NCBI GenBank assembly: GCA_016618085.1
Contig: JABLTG010000044.1
Location: 1 to 64,000, forward strand
Origin: Neovahlkampfia damariscottae
Lineage: Eukaryota
Length of the DNA: 64,000 nt
Reading direction: 5' to 3'
Part shown: piece by piece, positions 37,520 through 49,931 of the stretch
Layout: every line of letters starts with the position of its first letter
Numbering within the stretch: the stretch's first letter is position 1
Position numbers and translations under genes: made by a program
Notes under the pieces: generated by a model
What the model was told of the DNA's origin: nothing
What the model saw: only the letters and a program-made list of their open reading frames with translations
Databases searched by the model: none

Positions 37520-40500
37520 TGTTTGGAAAGAATTGCATCAAGTTTTTCAGGACTTAATTTTGACCAAGATTTCAATAATTCTTTGGTTTCACCATTTTTC
37601 AATAATTCACCAATTATATCTGATTCAGTTTGCGGAGATCATATAGTTGATATTTCATTGAAACACTGTTAATAAATATTCTGAAGTTTGATCTTCAAGT
37701 GATGAAAATAATTTTTCAGCTTCTTTAAATTCAGCTAAGACAATTAATCCTAATTTTGTTGCTTGATCTAATACCTCTTCAAGATCATTCACAATTTTCA
37801 AATTATCTGATTCTTCGATCGAATTATAACAAATTTCCATCAATTTGTAGCGTTGTTCAAGTATATCTTTTCCAAGACTAGCGTATACTTTATATTCTTC
37901 CAAGTACTTTTTAACTCTTTCTAAATGATTTGGATCTTTTTTAGCTTTGTAAAGTTTTATTAAAGTCAAAGTATGATAGAGTTTCATTTCATAAAAATCT
38001 GTCATTCCCATTTCATCATCAATGAATTTTTCTGAGATTTCAAAATATTTCAAAGCTTCTTCAAACTCTCCCTTGTGATATTCAAGTATAGACTCCATTG
38101 TTGGAATCAAAGTTTCGAGACATTTTGTTTCTCTAGCATTTGGAAGTGAAAATTTTGGATTGCATGTGGAGACGCCTGTTAAATCTGAAACGAAATTGAT
38201 TAAAATTTCTAAAATATCAGCATTGAAGAGACTTCCAATTTGAAGTAACCAATTTTGACGTTTTTTTAATTTTGGAATCAAATTGACGTAGTTGTCTCCA
38301 TTGAGAGCTAAACAAACACTCAATTGTGTCATAGCATAAGATTCAAAGAGGAAATTACCGGTTGATATTCCATTTTTCATAGCAGCTTCGAAATGATATC
38401 TTTTTTGTTGGATATTTCCACCAGAAGCATTTCCAGTTAAAGAAGAAATTGTGCAGTTACTACGTTGTACTTTGGATTCTTGTCTTTAGCAAAAAGTTTT
38501 TCCGCTGCTGCGATCAATTGAAAACTATCTTTTTCTTTGAAGAAACTTGAAAATGTGAATCCTGCAAGTGCAAGACCTAAAACAGCATCATGTGTCAAAC
38601 CAACAGATAAATACAAATATAAAGCAACTAAGCCATTCACTAAAACCATCATTGGATTTGCATTTGTAGCCAAATAAAGGATATCAAAAGCCGATAACAT
38701 TGTACTCATTAAACTGATGAGTTCTTCATCAGTACATGATTTCAATGATAAAATATTCTCCAATCCTCCAATTTTAGTAATTTCTTGATCAATTTTTTTT
38801 TGAGATCCAGAACCCAATTTAAAGTTCCCATAACATCTTCAAATGGTATATCTTTAGTCACCTCAAACATTTTTAAAGTATCAATGAAAATTCTGTATCC
38901 TTTATCATATTGTCCTGAAAGAGATGCCATTGTCATATAATTTGCATTGATTTTTAATTTGTCAAATCTTCCATTTGCTTTTTCCAATAAAATTTCGTAT
39001 TGTTCTCCTGATTCTTTCAATAAAGAGTTTGAAAAACAGGTATTTGCATGAACTGAGTATGTTTCAAAAGCAGTTTTATAATCAATTTCCCAAGGATTTT
39101 CAGGTAAAAGACTGATAGCTATTTTTGAAAAATCTAAAGCAGCAGCAAAGGCACAGTTGTCTAAAGATTTCTTTGCAGCAACTAAATTCATTTCTAAAAT
39201 TTCAATTTGATTGGTGAAAAGTGATTTGGTGATATTCAAATGATTGACAATTTTGAAGATATTTTGTTCAACTGAATCTTCTGCTTTGAATTTCTCTAAT
39301 AATGCATTGGCAATAACAAAATGATTTTGAATATTCTCTTTTTGATCATATAATTCATAAGCAGCTTATTGTAATCTATCATGATAAAATTGATATTCAT
39401 TTGAGTTGATTTGATGAATTCAACCATCTTTAACAGGTTCAATAAGTTCTTCTTCAACTTTTGTTTCTTCATCCCAAATTAATTTCAATTCATCAATACC
39501 GAATGAGTATCCAATACAAGATGCTCTGTTTAATAATTTTTGCATTGTTTTTGGTTCTTTTTTTTTAATTCTTAACCATGAAATCAACAACATTTGAACT
39601 GAAATTCTTCTTTTCTACTTTTTGAACATCCCAATTCCAAACTCCATCTTTAAAGTAGACTAGTTCTTCTTGGTACAATGCATTAATGAATTCTCTTGAA
39701 AAAAATGGATTCCCAAGGGTCTTTTTATGAATTAATTCTGATAATTTTAAAGTTTTTTCTTCTGTTGAGATTAATGTATGAGCTACCATTTCGTTTAAAT
39801 CTTTCAATTTCAAAGGTTGAAGTTTGATTTCGGATATTGAATCATATTCATGAATAATCGATTTGAGACCATGTGATTCATCAACATCATCATCTCTATA
39901 AGCTCCAATGATGAAAATATCATTTTGATTTGCTTTCAAAAGTTTTTCTAAAAATTGAAGTGATGCAGTGTCTGCCCATTGTAAATCATCAATAACCAAA
40001 ATTAAAGTACGCTCACTCATGAAACATTTGAAAAATGTATTTAGAGCTTTAAATAATCTGTCTTCTGTTTCTTTGATGCTTTGTAATTGAACAGGAGCTT
40101 CTTGTTTTCCAATTAATAATTCAACTTCTGGAACAACTGAACAAATGACATCACTTAATTCATCTTCTAATTGAATTGATAGTAATCAAATCTTCCATAA
40201 GCCATGAATAATTTGAGTTCTTGATCTCTCATTAACTCTTCAACTAATTTTGATTTTCCAAGACCAGAAACACCTGAAACAAGACATTCTACCTGTTGTA
40301 AAATCAACAATATCATCTTTCAACAATTGTAATTCTTCATCTCTTCCATAAAGTTTATTTGGAATTTGAAATTCTTGAATATCATTTTCACCAACTGTGA
40401 AATCTTCTGGAATTGAATCTAAATTTTCTTGAATAAATTCTAAATCATTAAGGACTCTTTGAGTTGATTTATATCTTTCTGATGGATTTTTTGCGCACAT

Positions 40501-41015
40501 TTTTTGAATAACATGATTTAAAATAGCTGGAACATTTTTAATTTCAGGAATATTTTTCGTATTGTGAGCAATATAAACTTCTAAAATCAACATTTTTGAA
40601 ATTCTTCCTGTTTGTTCAAGACTCATGTAATTAAAAGTACCAGTAGGTGCATTACAACTAATTGAAGGTGATTTTCTTGAAACCATGACACTAATACCGA
40701 AATCAATCAATTTGACAGTTTCTTCATCTGAACTAACAACAAAGTTGGCTAATTTAACATCTCTGTGAAGAATTTGTTTTGAGTGAGCATAATTAAGTGA
40801 TTTTATCATTTGAACAGCAAATTTTTAAGAATTCTTTTGTTTCTAACTTTTGTTTTTTGCTGAGGTACATTTGAAGTCCTTGTCCGTCTTCTTTTTCAAC
40901 TAACAAAATGGCTCCATTTTTTTGTTCTACCATTTCTATCATGTTGACAAAATGTTTTGGGTAACTAATTTGAAGCATTCTTGCGAACTGAAAGTCTTTT
41001 TTTAAAGCTTCAACA
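37520..41015 (-). pseudogene. Disrupted Ser/Thr kinase-ATPase-helical repeat gene, paralogue of 41418-45351
   Basis: ILHRDVKLANF, IPNKLYGRDEEL, IDDLQWADTAS, TLGNPFF; nonsense codons at 39366-39368 (DRLQ*AA) and 39420-39422 (W to TGA), several frameshifts, 5' end missing. Confidence 0.85.
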
Positions 41016-41417
41016 GATTACCTTTTTAATAATCTATTTGACATTTGGACTAGAGGAAATCTGTTTATGGTCTGAATAAAACCCAAATTTAGGTAACCAA
41101 TATTTCACTGCCAATTTCTCTTGAAAGACAGTGAATTGTTGATTATGAAAAAAAAAAAATCCCCAAAGACAGGATTGTCAATTTAAAGGTGGAAAATTGC
41201 CCAAATGGTGGTTTTTTCTTTCCTAATTTGCTATCATAAAAATGACAATTTCTATATCTAAATCTAAAGATCGTTCATTTTTGGAAGTACAGAAAGAAGG
41301 GTTTAGAGTTTTTTTTTTGCTTTTTATTATTGTTGTGACGATTTACTTCCTTCCAGTTTGCAGAAATAGAAATGATTGGTGGAATTGTTCAATGAATTCT
41401 TTTAGACAAAACCCGTC

Positions 41418-44400
41418 ATGCCTCACAGAAAACTGAAAAACAAAGAAGAAAATTATACAACAGGTGAATTAATATTCAAATCACCACAAGGAGATCTAAA
41501 CAGAGCTTATAACAACGAAACCAAAGAAGAATTTTTAATTAAAAAATCCAACGAAGAATTCCCTTCATTTTCGTTGATGGAAACTTTTAAAAAGGATTAT
41601 CAGTTTGCCAAAATGTTATATCAAAGCTATCCTGAACATTTCATGAATGTTATTGAAATGTTGGAGCAAAAAAATGGAGGAGTTGTTTTAGTGGCAAAAG
41701 AGGACGGAGAAGGTTTACAAGTTTTTCTTGAAAAAAAAAAACATTTAGACACCCAAGAATTTTTAAAAATAGGAATAGAAATGACTAAAGCATTACATTT
41801 TGCACATTCAAAACAAATTGTTCATCGAAATGTTAAATTAGCAAATTTTGTTATAAGTTCAAAAAGTGATTCTGTTAAATTAATTGATTTTGGTTTAAGT
41901 GTTATGGTATCAAGGAAATCACCTTCAGTTTTATGTACTACACCAACAGGAAGTTTTCATTATATGAGTCCTGAACAAACTGGAAAAATGTCAAACAATG
42001 TAGATGTTAGAAGTGATATTTACTCTTTGGCTATTTCATTTTATGAACTTTTAACAGGTGAATTACCTTTTGAAGGTGATGTTCTTGCTTTGGTTCATGC
42101 TCAAATTACAAAAAAAATTCCAATCGTCAAAAATGTACCAAAGGTGTTAAATGATTTGCTGCAAAAAATGTGTGCAAAAAATCCAACAGAAAGATATAAT
42201 TCTACATTAGGAGTACTTAATGATTTAGAATACATTCAAAAACACTTGAATTCAATTCCAGATGATTTTAAAATCGGTCAAAACGATACACGAGAATTTC
42301 AAATTCCAAATAAACTTTATGGAAGAGAAAAAGAGTTAAAATGGTTGAAAGTAGAAATTATGGGTGCACATAAGAGCCATATGTGTTTGGTATCTGGCTT
42401 TGCCGGAATGGGAAAAACCAAATTAGTAGCAGAATTAATGAAAGACCAAGAACTTAATTTAATGATGAGTTACGGAAAATTTGATCAATTCAACAAATTA
42501 ACACCATACTCAGCTTTCATCAGGTATTCAAAAAAAAATGAAATTTTAATTCAATTTTTCTGATAGTGCAATGAGAAGATTAGTTTCAAAAGTTATTTCA
42601 GATACAGAAGAAAATAAACAGAAAATATGTCACACTCTTAAACAGAATCTTAAAAAAGAACTTGGTGGTGTTTTCTTTTCTGTTCTCCCAGAAGTTGAAC
42701 ATTTGATAGGAAAACAAGAAATTCCGAAACCTTTGGCATCCATTCAAGATACTCAAGAAAGACTTTTTGAAAGTTTCATCAATTTTTTAAAAGCATTTGC
42801 ACATCAGAACAAATTAGTTCTGGTGTTGGATGATTTACAATGGGCAGATGCTGCTTCTTTTGATTTTTTAGAAAAATTATTAAAGATGAAAAAAGAAAAT
42901 ATTTTTATCATTGGAGCTTATAGAGATAATGAAGTTGATGATAATCATCCACTTTCTACAGTCATCCAACAACATGATATCATTTCAATTCTTGAACTTC
43001 AACCTTTGAAAATTGAACATTTGAATGAAATGGTATCAAATACATTTCTCAAAGACCCAGAGTCTACAAAGGAATTAAGTGAATTAATTTACAAAAAAAC
43101 ACTTGGAAATCCATTTTTCTCAAGAGAATTTATCAATGTTCTATATCAAGATAAACTCGTTTCCTATGAAAATGGTTCTTGGGAATGGGATGTAAAAAAA
43201 GTTGAAAAGATGAATTTTAGCTCAAATGTAATTGATTTCATGATTGTAAATTTAAAAAAGCAACCAAAAACAATACAAAAATTATTGAATAGAGCAGCTT
43301 GTATTGGAAATACTTTCAAGCTTGATGAATTAGAATTAATCTGGAAAGAAGAAGAAACAGATTTAGAAATGGAATTAATGAATCCATTGAAAGAAGGTTG
43401 GATAGAACAATTAAACTCAAATGAATATAAATTCTATCATGATAGATTACAACAAGCTGCTTATGAACTGTACAAAAATGAAGAAGCAAAAGAAATACAT
43501 TTAGTAATTGGAAATGCTTTATTAGAAGAATTTACAACAAATAATACTGTTGAAAATCATATTTTTGAAATAATCAATCATCTGAACAAAGCAAAATCTA
43601 TTTTTCCAAAACCTAAAGAATTATTGAAATTGAATTTATTGGCAGCAAGAAAATCAATTCAAAATAGTGCCTTTTCTTCCAGTTTAGATTTTTCTTTGAT
43701 AGCGTTGGACATGCTACCACCAAATGCTTGGGAAACTGATTATGATTTGGCATTTGAAACTCATTCAGCTCATGCTAATTCATTTTATGTCAATGCAATG
43801 TTAAAGGAATCAGAAGAAGAATACAATATTCTTTTGGAAAAAGCAGCTGGAAGATATGATAAATTAAAAGTCTATGCAAATTTTATGAACATGGCAGCAC
43901 TATCAAATCAATTCAACAAAGCTTATGATCTTTTCATTACTGCATTGAAAATGTTCGAATTAACAAAAGACATTCCTTATCTAGATGAGAAGAAACTAAT
44001 GATTTGGACATTAGATCTAAAAAAGAAAATTGATGAAGAAGTAAAGAAAATTGGAGGAATGAGAAATATCTTGAATTTGAATACAATGTCCAAAGATTTT
44101 GCTTTATTAATGAAAATTATGTTTGAATCACTTGATATTGTTTACATTGCTTCAAATGCACTTTCATTGATGTATGTTGTTAATTCAATGGTAGGTCTAT
44201 TTATAAATATCACACGTGGTTTGTCAGATAATTCTTCTGCTTCATTGGCTGCTGCTGGATTTTGTTATTCATTTTTTTTCAAAGACAAAGCTGGATATGA
44301 ATTAACTTTAGTAGCTGAACAATTATTATCATCAAAGAAGAATGATGAAAATGATAATTTTGTGACCACACAATTTCATCTTGGTATTGGAAATATGACA

Positions 44401-45351
44401 GGTGGAACATTCAAACAAATAAAATATCACATGGAAAGTGCAATTAAATACGCTATGAATCATGGTGATTTCACATTTGGATGTTACAGCATTATGCATG
44501 GCTCAGAAAGTATGATATTCAATGGAGCAAATTTCCAAAAAATGTTATCTAAATTACAACACTACCAAGTCTGGTTGAAGAAAATCAAAAATGTTTTTGT
44601 TTCAGATTTCATGGAAGCAATGATTCATTTTGTATCAGATTTATCAGATATTTCAACATTCAATCCAAAATTTGTATTGCCAGTAGATTTTAAATGTCTA
44701 GATACTTTCATACCAACAATTGAAGGAATTTTACGTTATCATAAAGGTGAATTTGAAGTTGCTTTGAAATTATTTGAAGCTGCTGAACCAGTGATAGATC
44801 ATGAACAAGGTTTGGTTGATTACTATGAAATGAAATTTTATCATTGTTTGACTTTGACTCATGTGTACAAAACATCAAAAGATCCAAAACATTCAAAGAG
44901 AATTGAAGAATATATAAAAGAGTTTAAGGTTCTTTCAGATATCAGTCCGGGTTACTTGGAGCCTAGATACAAATTAATGGATCTATTTTACAGATCTCTA
45001 ACCTCCACTGATCATCTAATGTTTGCAAATGATTTTGAAGAAATTGCTGAATCTTCAAAAAATTTAGGATTGTTGATGATTGAAGCAGTAATTTTGGAAA
45101 TTTTACTGGCTTTTTGTGATGATAATAAATTTCCAAAAGCTATTTGTAGATTGTATTTTAATGCAACTCTTGAAATTTGGAAAGACCTTTCTGCTTCTGC
45201 AAAAGTTGATCAGTTAACGAAGAAATACTACAAGTATATTTCATTAATGAGCTCAAGAAGGACTTCTGGGAATCAGTCAACTTCTTCATTTTTTTCAAGT
45301 ACAAGCTCAACCAATTCTTCAATTGAAGAGATAGATGGAAATTTCTTTTAA
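41418..45351 (+). CDS. Ser/Thr kinase-like + AAA/STAND-like ATPase + TPR-like helical protein (2 exons)
   Basis: IVHRNVKLANF/DFG/YMSPEQTG kinase; LYGREKEL, GFAGMGKT Walker A, LVLDDLQWAD Walker B, GNPFF, FYHDRLQQAAY; intron near 42523-42566. Confidence 0.85.
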
Positions 45352-45377
45352 AACTGAAATGAATTAAAAATTTCAAT

Positions 45378-46330
45378 TTATTTCTTTGTTGGATTGTTTT
45401 CTTCAAAACCAATGAATTTTCTGATTTCACCAGAATTCTTAAATTGAAATGTAATGTCCCTTGTAGGAATGAGCTTGAAATTTTTTGATCTCCATTCAAG
45501 TTCTTTGTCCTCAGATCTCAAAGAGTAAGATGCAAATCGTAATGAATATCCAGTTTGTTTTACTGCCTCTAATACAACTTCTCTATCCGCCAGTAGTTCC
45601 AAAGATGCATTACCAAGTGACCAACCATTTTGTTTCACTGCTTGTAAAACAACTTCTTTATCATCTTGTAATTTCGAAGATGCATAACAAAGTGAACAAC
45701 CTCTGTGCTTCACAGCTTCCATTACTATTTCTTTATCATTTTTGAATTTTTCACCCACATGTTCCAATGATCCATAAGCTAGGACTTCCAGCAGGAATTT
45801 TTGATCATTTTTCAATTCCTGAGATGTGAATTTCAGTGAATATCCATTTTGTTTGGCTGCTTGAAAAACAACTTCTTTATCATTCTGTAATTCCGCGGAA
45901 TTTCAGTGAATATCCTCTTTGCTGCATCACTTGTAATACTTGTTTATTCATTCTCAACTCTAAAGATGGGTATTAGAGTGAGTCACCATTGGTTTCTGCC
46001 AATACTTCCAAAATGAATTGAATATCGTTTTTCAATGCTTCAGAAGCATACTGAAGTGAACGAATATTTTTTTTCACTTCTCTTAAGATGAATTCTTTAT
46101 CCTTTCTTAATTTTGAAGATGCATATTTGAGTGACTCAACATGATGTCTCACAGCTTTTAATACAAATTCTTTGTCATTTTTCAATTCTTCAGAAGCATA
46201 TTGAAGTGATGCAGTATTTTGTTTTAGTGCTTCTAAGACAACCATCTCGTTTTACAGCTTTTAGAACACTTCTTTATTGTTTTGAAGTTCTTTGGACGCA
46301 TTTTGGAGTTCTTTGGAAGCACTATAAAAA
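45378..46330 (-). pseudogene. DUF4116-like repeat protein, frameshifted
   Basis: L(Q/K)YASxxLxxDKE(V/F)VLxAV repeats spread across frames; local duplication aatttcagtgaatatcc at ~45829 and ~45899. Confidence 0.75.
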
Positions 46331-46643
46331 AGGTGTACACAAACCTACTTGGTTTTTCTGATCTCATCAACTCTTCGGATTAATTGGACAGAATCACAGA
46401 AATTAATTATTCTTGAAATAAACAAACCAAAAATGAAAATATGATCAATATGATTGTAGTACTGTGTTTGGAAAATGATTCTGAGGAAAAATGACAACAT
46501 CGGATTCTTATTGAAAGTTTCTCTTGAAAATCAATGAACTATCACTTTCCAATACAATTCACAAAATTCAAGCATCAATAATTGTTCAAGATTCTCCAAA
46601 GGCAAGTTGAATAAAGTTGTTTTTCATTGGTCAAAACAAAAAA

Positions 46644-48554
46644 ATGAGTGAAAGAGAAGAAGAAGAGCTTTTTTCCACTGGTTTGTATTTATACTATTTG
46701 GAAAACATAAAAAACAGTAAATCAATTGAAAAAGTATTTGAATCATATGAATTGCTTTCAGAATTTGAAAAACAAAATTTAGATAAAAGATCACAAGAAA
46801 CCGAAGTTGAGAAACTTGAAATACCAAAAAACTTGAAAAATTTAAGGTGTAAATGTTATAAAGAATATAACATGAGTTGTGTTGATGAAATCTGTCTACA
46901 TTGCAATAGAAAACTTCAATTTGATTTAAACGAATTTTTGGATTTTAAAAGATGGTTCATGGAACATTCAAGAAATGAATCGACTTCAAACCACTACACA
47001 ACCGCTGTCTATTCTACAAAAGCATATTTTTATCAGAAAACAATCATTGGTGCTTGTGTCTCTTTTGAATCAAGAAATGAAGAACAAAAAAGAGAAATTG
47101 AAAAAGAATATAAGATATTTCAAATCAAATTTGAAATAGCCAATATAGAAAGGAGATATATTGAAGAAGTTCATTTCTTGATGGATATTTTAGAGACCTA
47201 TGAAAATCAAGTTTCAATGTTTTATTTGACACTCATTCAAAAGAAACTTTTTTTTCAATCACAAAATGATTTCAAATTTAAAGAAAAACCTGAAATATCA
47301 CCTAAAATAAAAAAAACACGAAAAAAAATCCAAAATATGGTAACTGTCAAAAATATGACAGGAGACCCTACAAAGAAACAAACTGGATTCAATTTTGATT
47401 TTCCTTTTTTGGTCGATAATAGCACAGTTGAAAATTACACCAATACATTACTAAATGATCTCAAAAGCACAACATTAGAATTATTCACATTAGGTACTTC
47501 ATTTGATAGATTTAATGAAAAAATTGAAATTCCGAAAGTAGAAAATATTTTAAATGAAAATCATTATTGCAGATTTGAGTATTCCTATGGAAAATTAGAT
47601 ACAATACCTCAAATAGAATTATCCAATGATGTGAAGATCACTTTTCCGATTGACCGAAATCTCATTGATACATTATCAAAAATCAATTTGAAATTCACCA
47701 AAGAAAATATTGACATCCCAAATATCATGAATATTAAAAAAAACAAAGAACATCTGATCAACATGTTGGAACAATTACTACCATTGGAAGATTTAACTTT
47801 TGATTTTTTGTTTCAAGAAATGAAAATATTTAGTAAAGAAAATAAGAGTGAAATATTAAAATTAGAACAAAAGAATCATCTCGGTTATTTGATGATTTTT
47901 CTTCCTTGTGATTTAGAATCACTTTTTGAGTTGCATTATTCTAATTTCAAAACAGATTTTGATTTTAGTCAAAAAGGAGATTTCATTCAATCTCATTGGA
48001 TTGCATTTCACAAACATTGTGAATTAAAAAGAAAGAGCATTGAATCAAATGGAATTGCGTTGGTTTATGATATTTTAGTGAAATATAAAAACAATTTCAG
48101 TGGACTTCCATTAGAACTGAAAGACAATTATTATCTATGGGAAACACAAAAACCACAAGAGTCTTTTATTAAATATATTGAAACCTATATGAGATTGAAA
48201 CGTCAAAACAAATTACACATTTTTCTGATGAATGAAGAATCTGATGGAATTAACTTCAATTCAGATGATTTTTGGATCATTTCCAATATAAAAAAATCTG
48301 AAATTTTCAGCACAGAATTTAATAATGCATTTATTCATCACAATTTGAACTTTCATGCAAATGAACAAGTTTTGTATGTTGATGGTAAAATATCAAATGA
48401 TTTGTTCATCTACAATCAAAGAAAATCACCCATCTCATTCATTTGTAAAAATTTGAATGAAGTTGTCCCACAACCAATTATTACTCTTTTCTTGAAAAGA
48501 AAACTCAATTTCAAAAAAATGAAAATGTTTGATATGAATTTTCAATTTATTTAA
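46644..48554 (+). CDS. Hypothetical protein with HMG-box-like N-terminus and a degenerate 2OG-Fe(II) oxygenase-like region
   Basis: 637-aa intronless ORF; FSTGLYLYYLEN...YELLSEFEKQNL; GYLMIFLPC...WIAFHKHCELKRKSIESNGIALVYDI. Confidence 0.45.
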   Translation: MSEREEEELFSTGLYLYYLENIKNSKSIEKVFESYELLSEFEKQNLDKRSQETEVEKLEIPKNLKNLRCKCYKEYNMSCVDEICLHCNRKLQFDLNEFLDFKRWFMEHSRNESTSNHYTTAVYSTKAYFYQKTIIGACVSFESRNEEQKREIEKEYKIFQIKFEIANIERRYIEEVHFLMDILETYENQVSMFYLTLIQKKLFFQSQNDFKFKEKPEISPKIKKTRKKIQNMVTVKNMTGDPTKKQTGFNFDFPFLVDNSTVENYTNTLLNDLKSTTLELFTLGTSFDRFNEKIEIPKVENILNENHYCRFEYSYGKLDTIPQIELSNDVKITFPIDRNLIDTLSKINLKFTKENIDIPNIMNIKKNKEHLINMLEQLLPLEDLTFDFLFQEMKIFSKENKSEILKLEQKNHLGYLMIFLPCDLESLFELHYSNFKTDFDFSQKGDFIQSHWIAFHKHCELKRKSIESNGIALVYDILVKYKNNFSGLPLELKDNYYLWETQKPQESFIKYIETYMRLKRQNKLHIFLMNEESDGINFNSDDFWIISNIKKSEIFSTEFNNAFIHHNLNFHANEQVLYVDGKISNDLFIYNQRKSPISFICKNLNEVVPQPIITLFLKRKLNFKKMKMFDMNFQFI

Positions 48555-49782
48555 ACATATTTTGGTATCTTTTTTTTTCTTTTTCTTCTTCAATTTTTTT
48601 TTCTTTTTGGGCATTTGCCAATGAATTGATAACTTGTTTATTTTGTGGATCTAATTTCAATGCATTATTCAAATCATTTAAACCACGATCAAAATCTTTC
48701 ATTCTATTTGAAATCGTCAAAAATATTAGTTTTTTTACTTTGCATATGCTTGACCTCTTCTCATCATTGCTTTAATATTTTTTGGATCTGCTGTTAAGAT
48801 TTTATTGGTCACTTGAACAACATCTGAATACTTTTGTAAATGAAGAAATGTTGCTGAAATGTTACCATAAACAATCAATTCTTGTTCATCAAGTTTCGTT
48901 TGGTCATCACCAGTAAATTCAGAAGAATCCAAATAACGAACAGCCTTTTCATATTTCTCTTTTGCATGTTTAAATTCTTTTTTAACAAAATAATCATTTC
49001 CTATTTTTTTGATTTCTTGAGCTGCTTTGATCAATTCATCTGCTGTTGTGAGGTCTGAATCTTCAACATATTCTGGATAGACATCACCATCATCACTTTT
49101 TCTGACTGTAACTCCATCATCTTCTCCTTCTTTTAATTCACCACAATTGACTATTGTACAGTCTTTTAATGGTTTATCATTTGAAGTTTCAACATGCTCA
49201 AGTTTTTTTACGACACCCATTCCTTTTAAGACCTTTCCAAAAACAACACTTGAAGAAATGTAAAATTGACATTTGAAAATTACTGTTTTCCATCTAAATG
49301 AGGTGTTGCAATTGTTGTAATGAAGAATTGACTTCCATTGGTTCCTGGACCAGCATTTGCCATTGACAAAAGTCCTGGTTTTGTATGTTTAATTTCAAAG
49401 TTTTCTTAAAGTTTAATGAAGAAATTGAAGTACCATCATCAAATTTTTCACCATAAATAGATTCACCTCCAGTACCTTTGAAAAAAAAATATAAAAAATT
49501 GAATCAGTTACCATTGAAGTTGGTAAAATCTCCAGCTTGGCACATAAAGCTTTTTATAATTCTGTGAAAGATGGAACCCTTATAATGAAGTGGTTTTCCA
49601 GATTTACCAATTCCACATTCTCCAGTGCATAAAGCTCTGAAATTTTCTGTTGTCATTTTTAATCTTTTTTTTATTTTTTTTTTACCTGCTGTTTTTGGAA
49701 CTGTTTCTGTGAAAAGTTCAAACACAATTCTTCCAAGAAATTCATCACCATAATTGACATCAAAAAAAGTTCTAACTACCAT
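48547..49782 (-). CDS. PPID: Cyclophilin-40 (PPIase + TPR), 6 exons
   Basis: [15 protein letters not shown]...[64 protein letters not shown]. Confidence 0.93.
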
Positions 49783-49931
49783 CTGTCGTTTCACTTCGGA
49801 ATTTTATTAATTCAAAATTGTATTTTGATTGGTGGAAATTGGTATTTATGTTGTATCATTCCGATGAACATTAAATTGAGCATGACAATGATTTTGTGAA
49901 TTTTTAAGACTTATGAACAACATTTTATTTA

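Noticed and set aside
32173..45351. Bacterial contamination explaining the bacterial-like genes
   Set aside because: Same AT content as the flanks, host-type tiny introns in the MFS, hydrolase and kinase-ATPase genes, and contiguity with a telomere-bearing eukaryotic sequence
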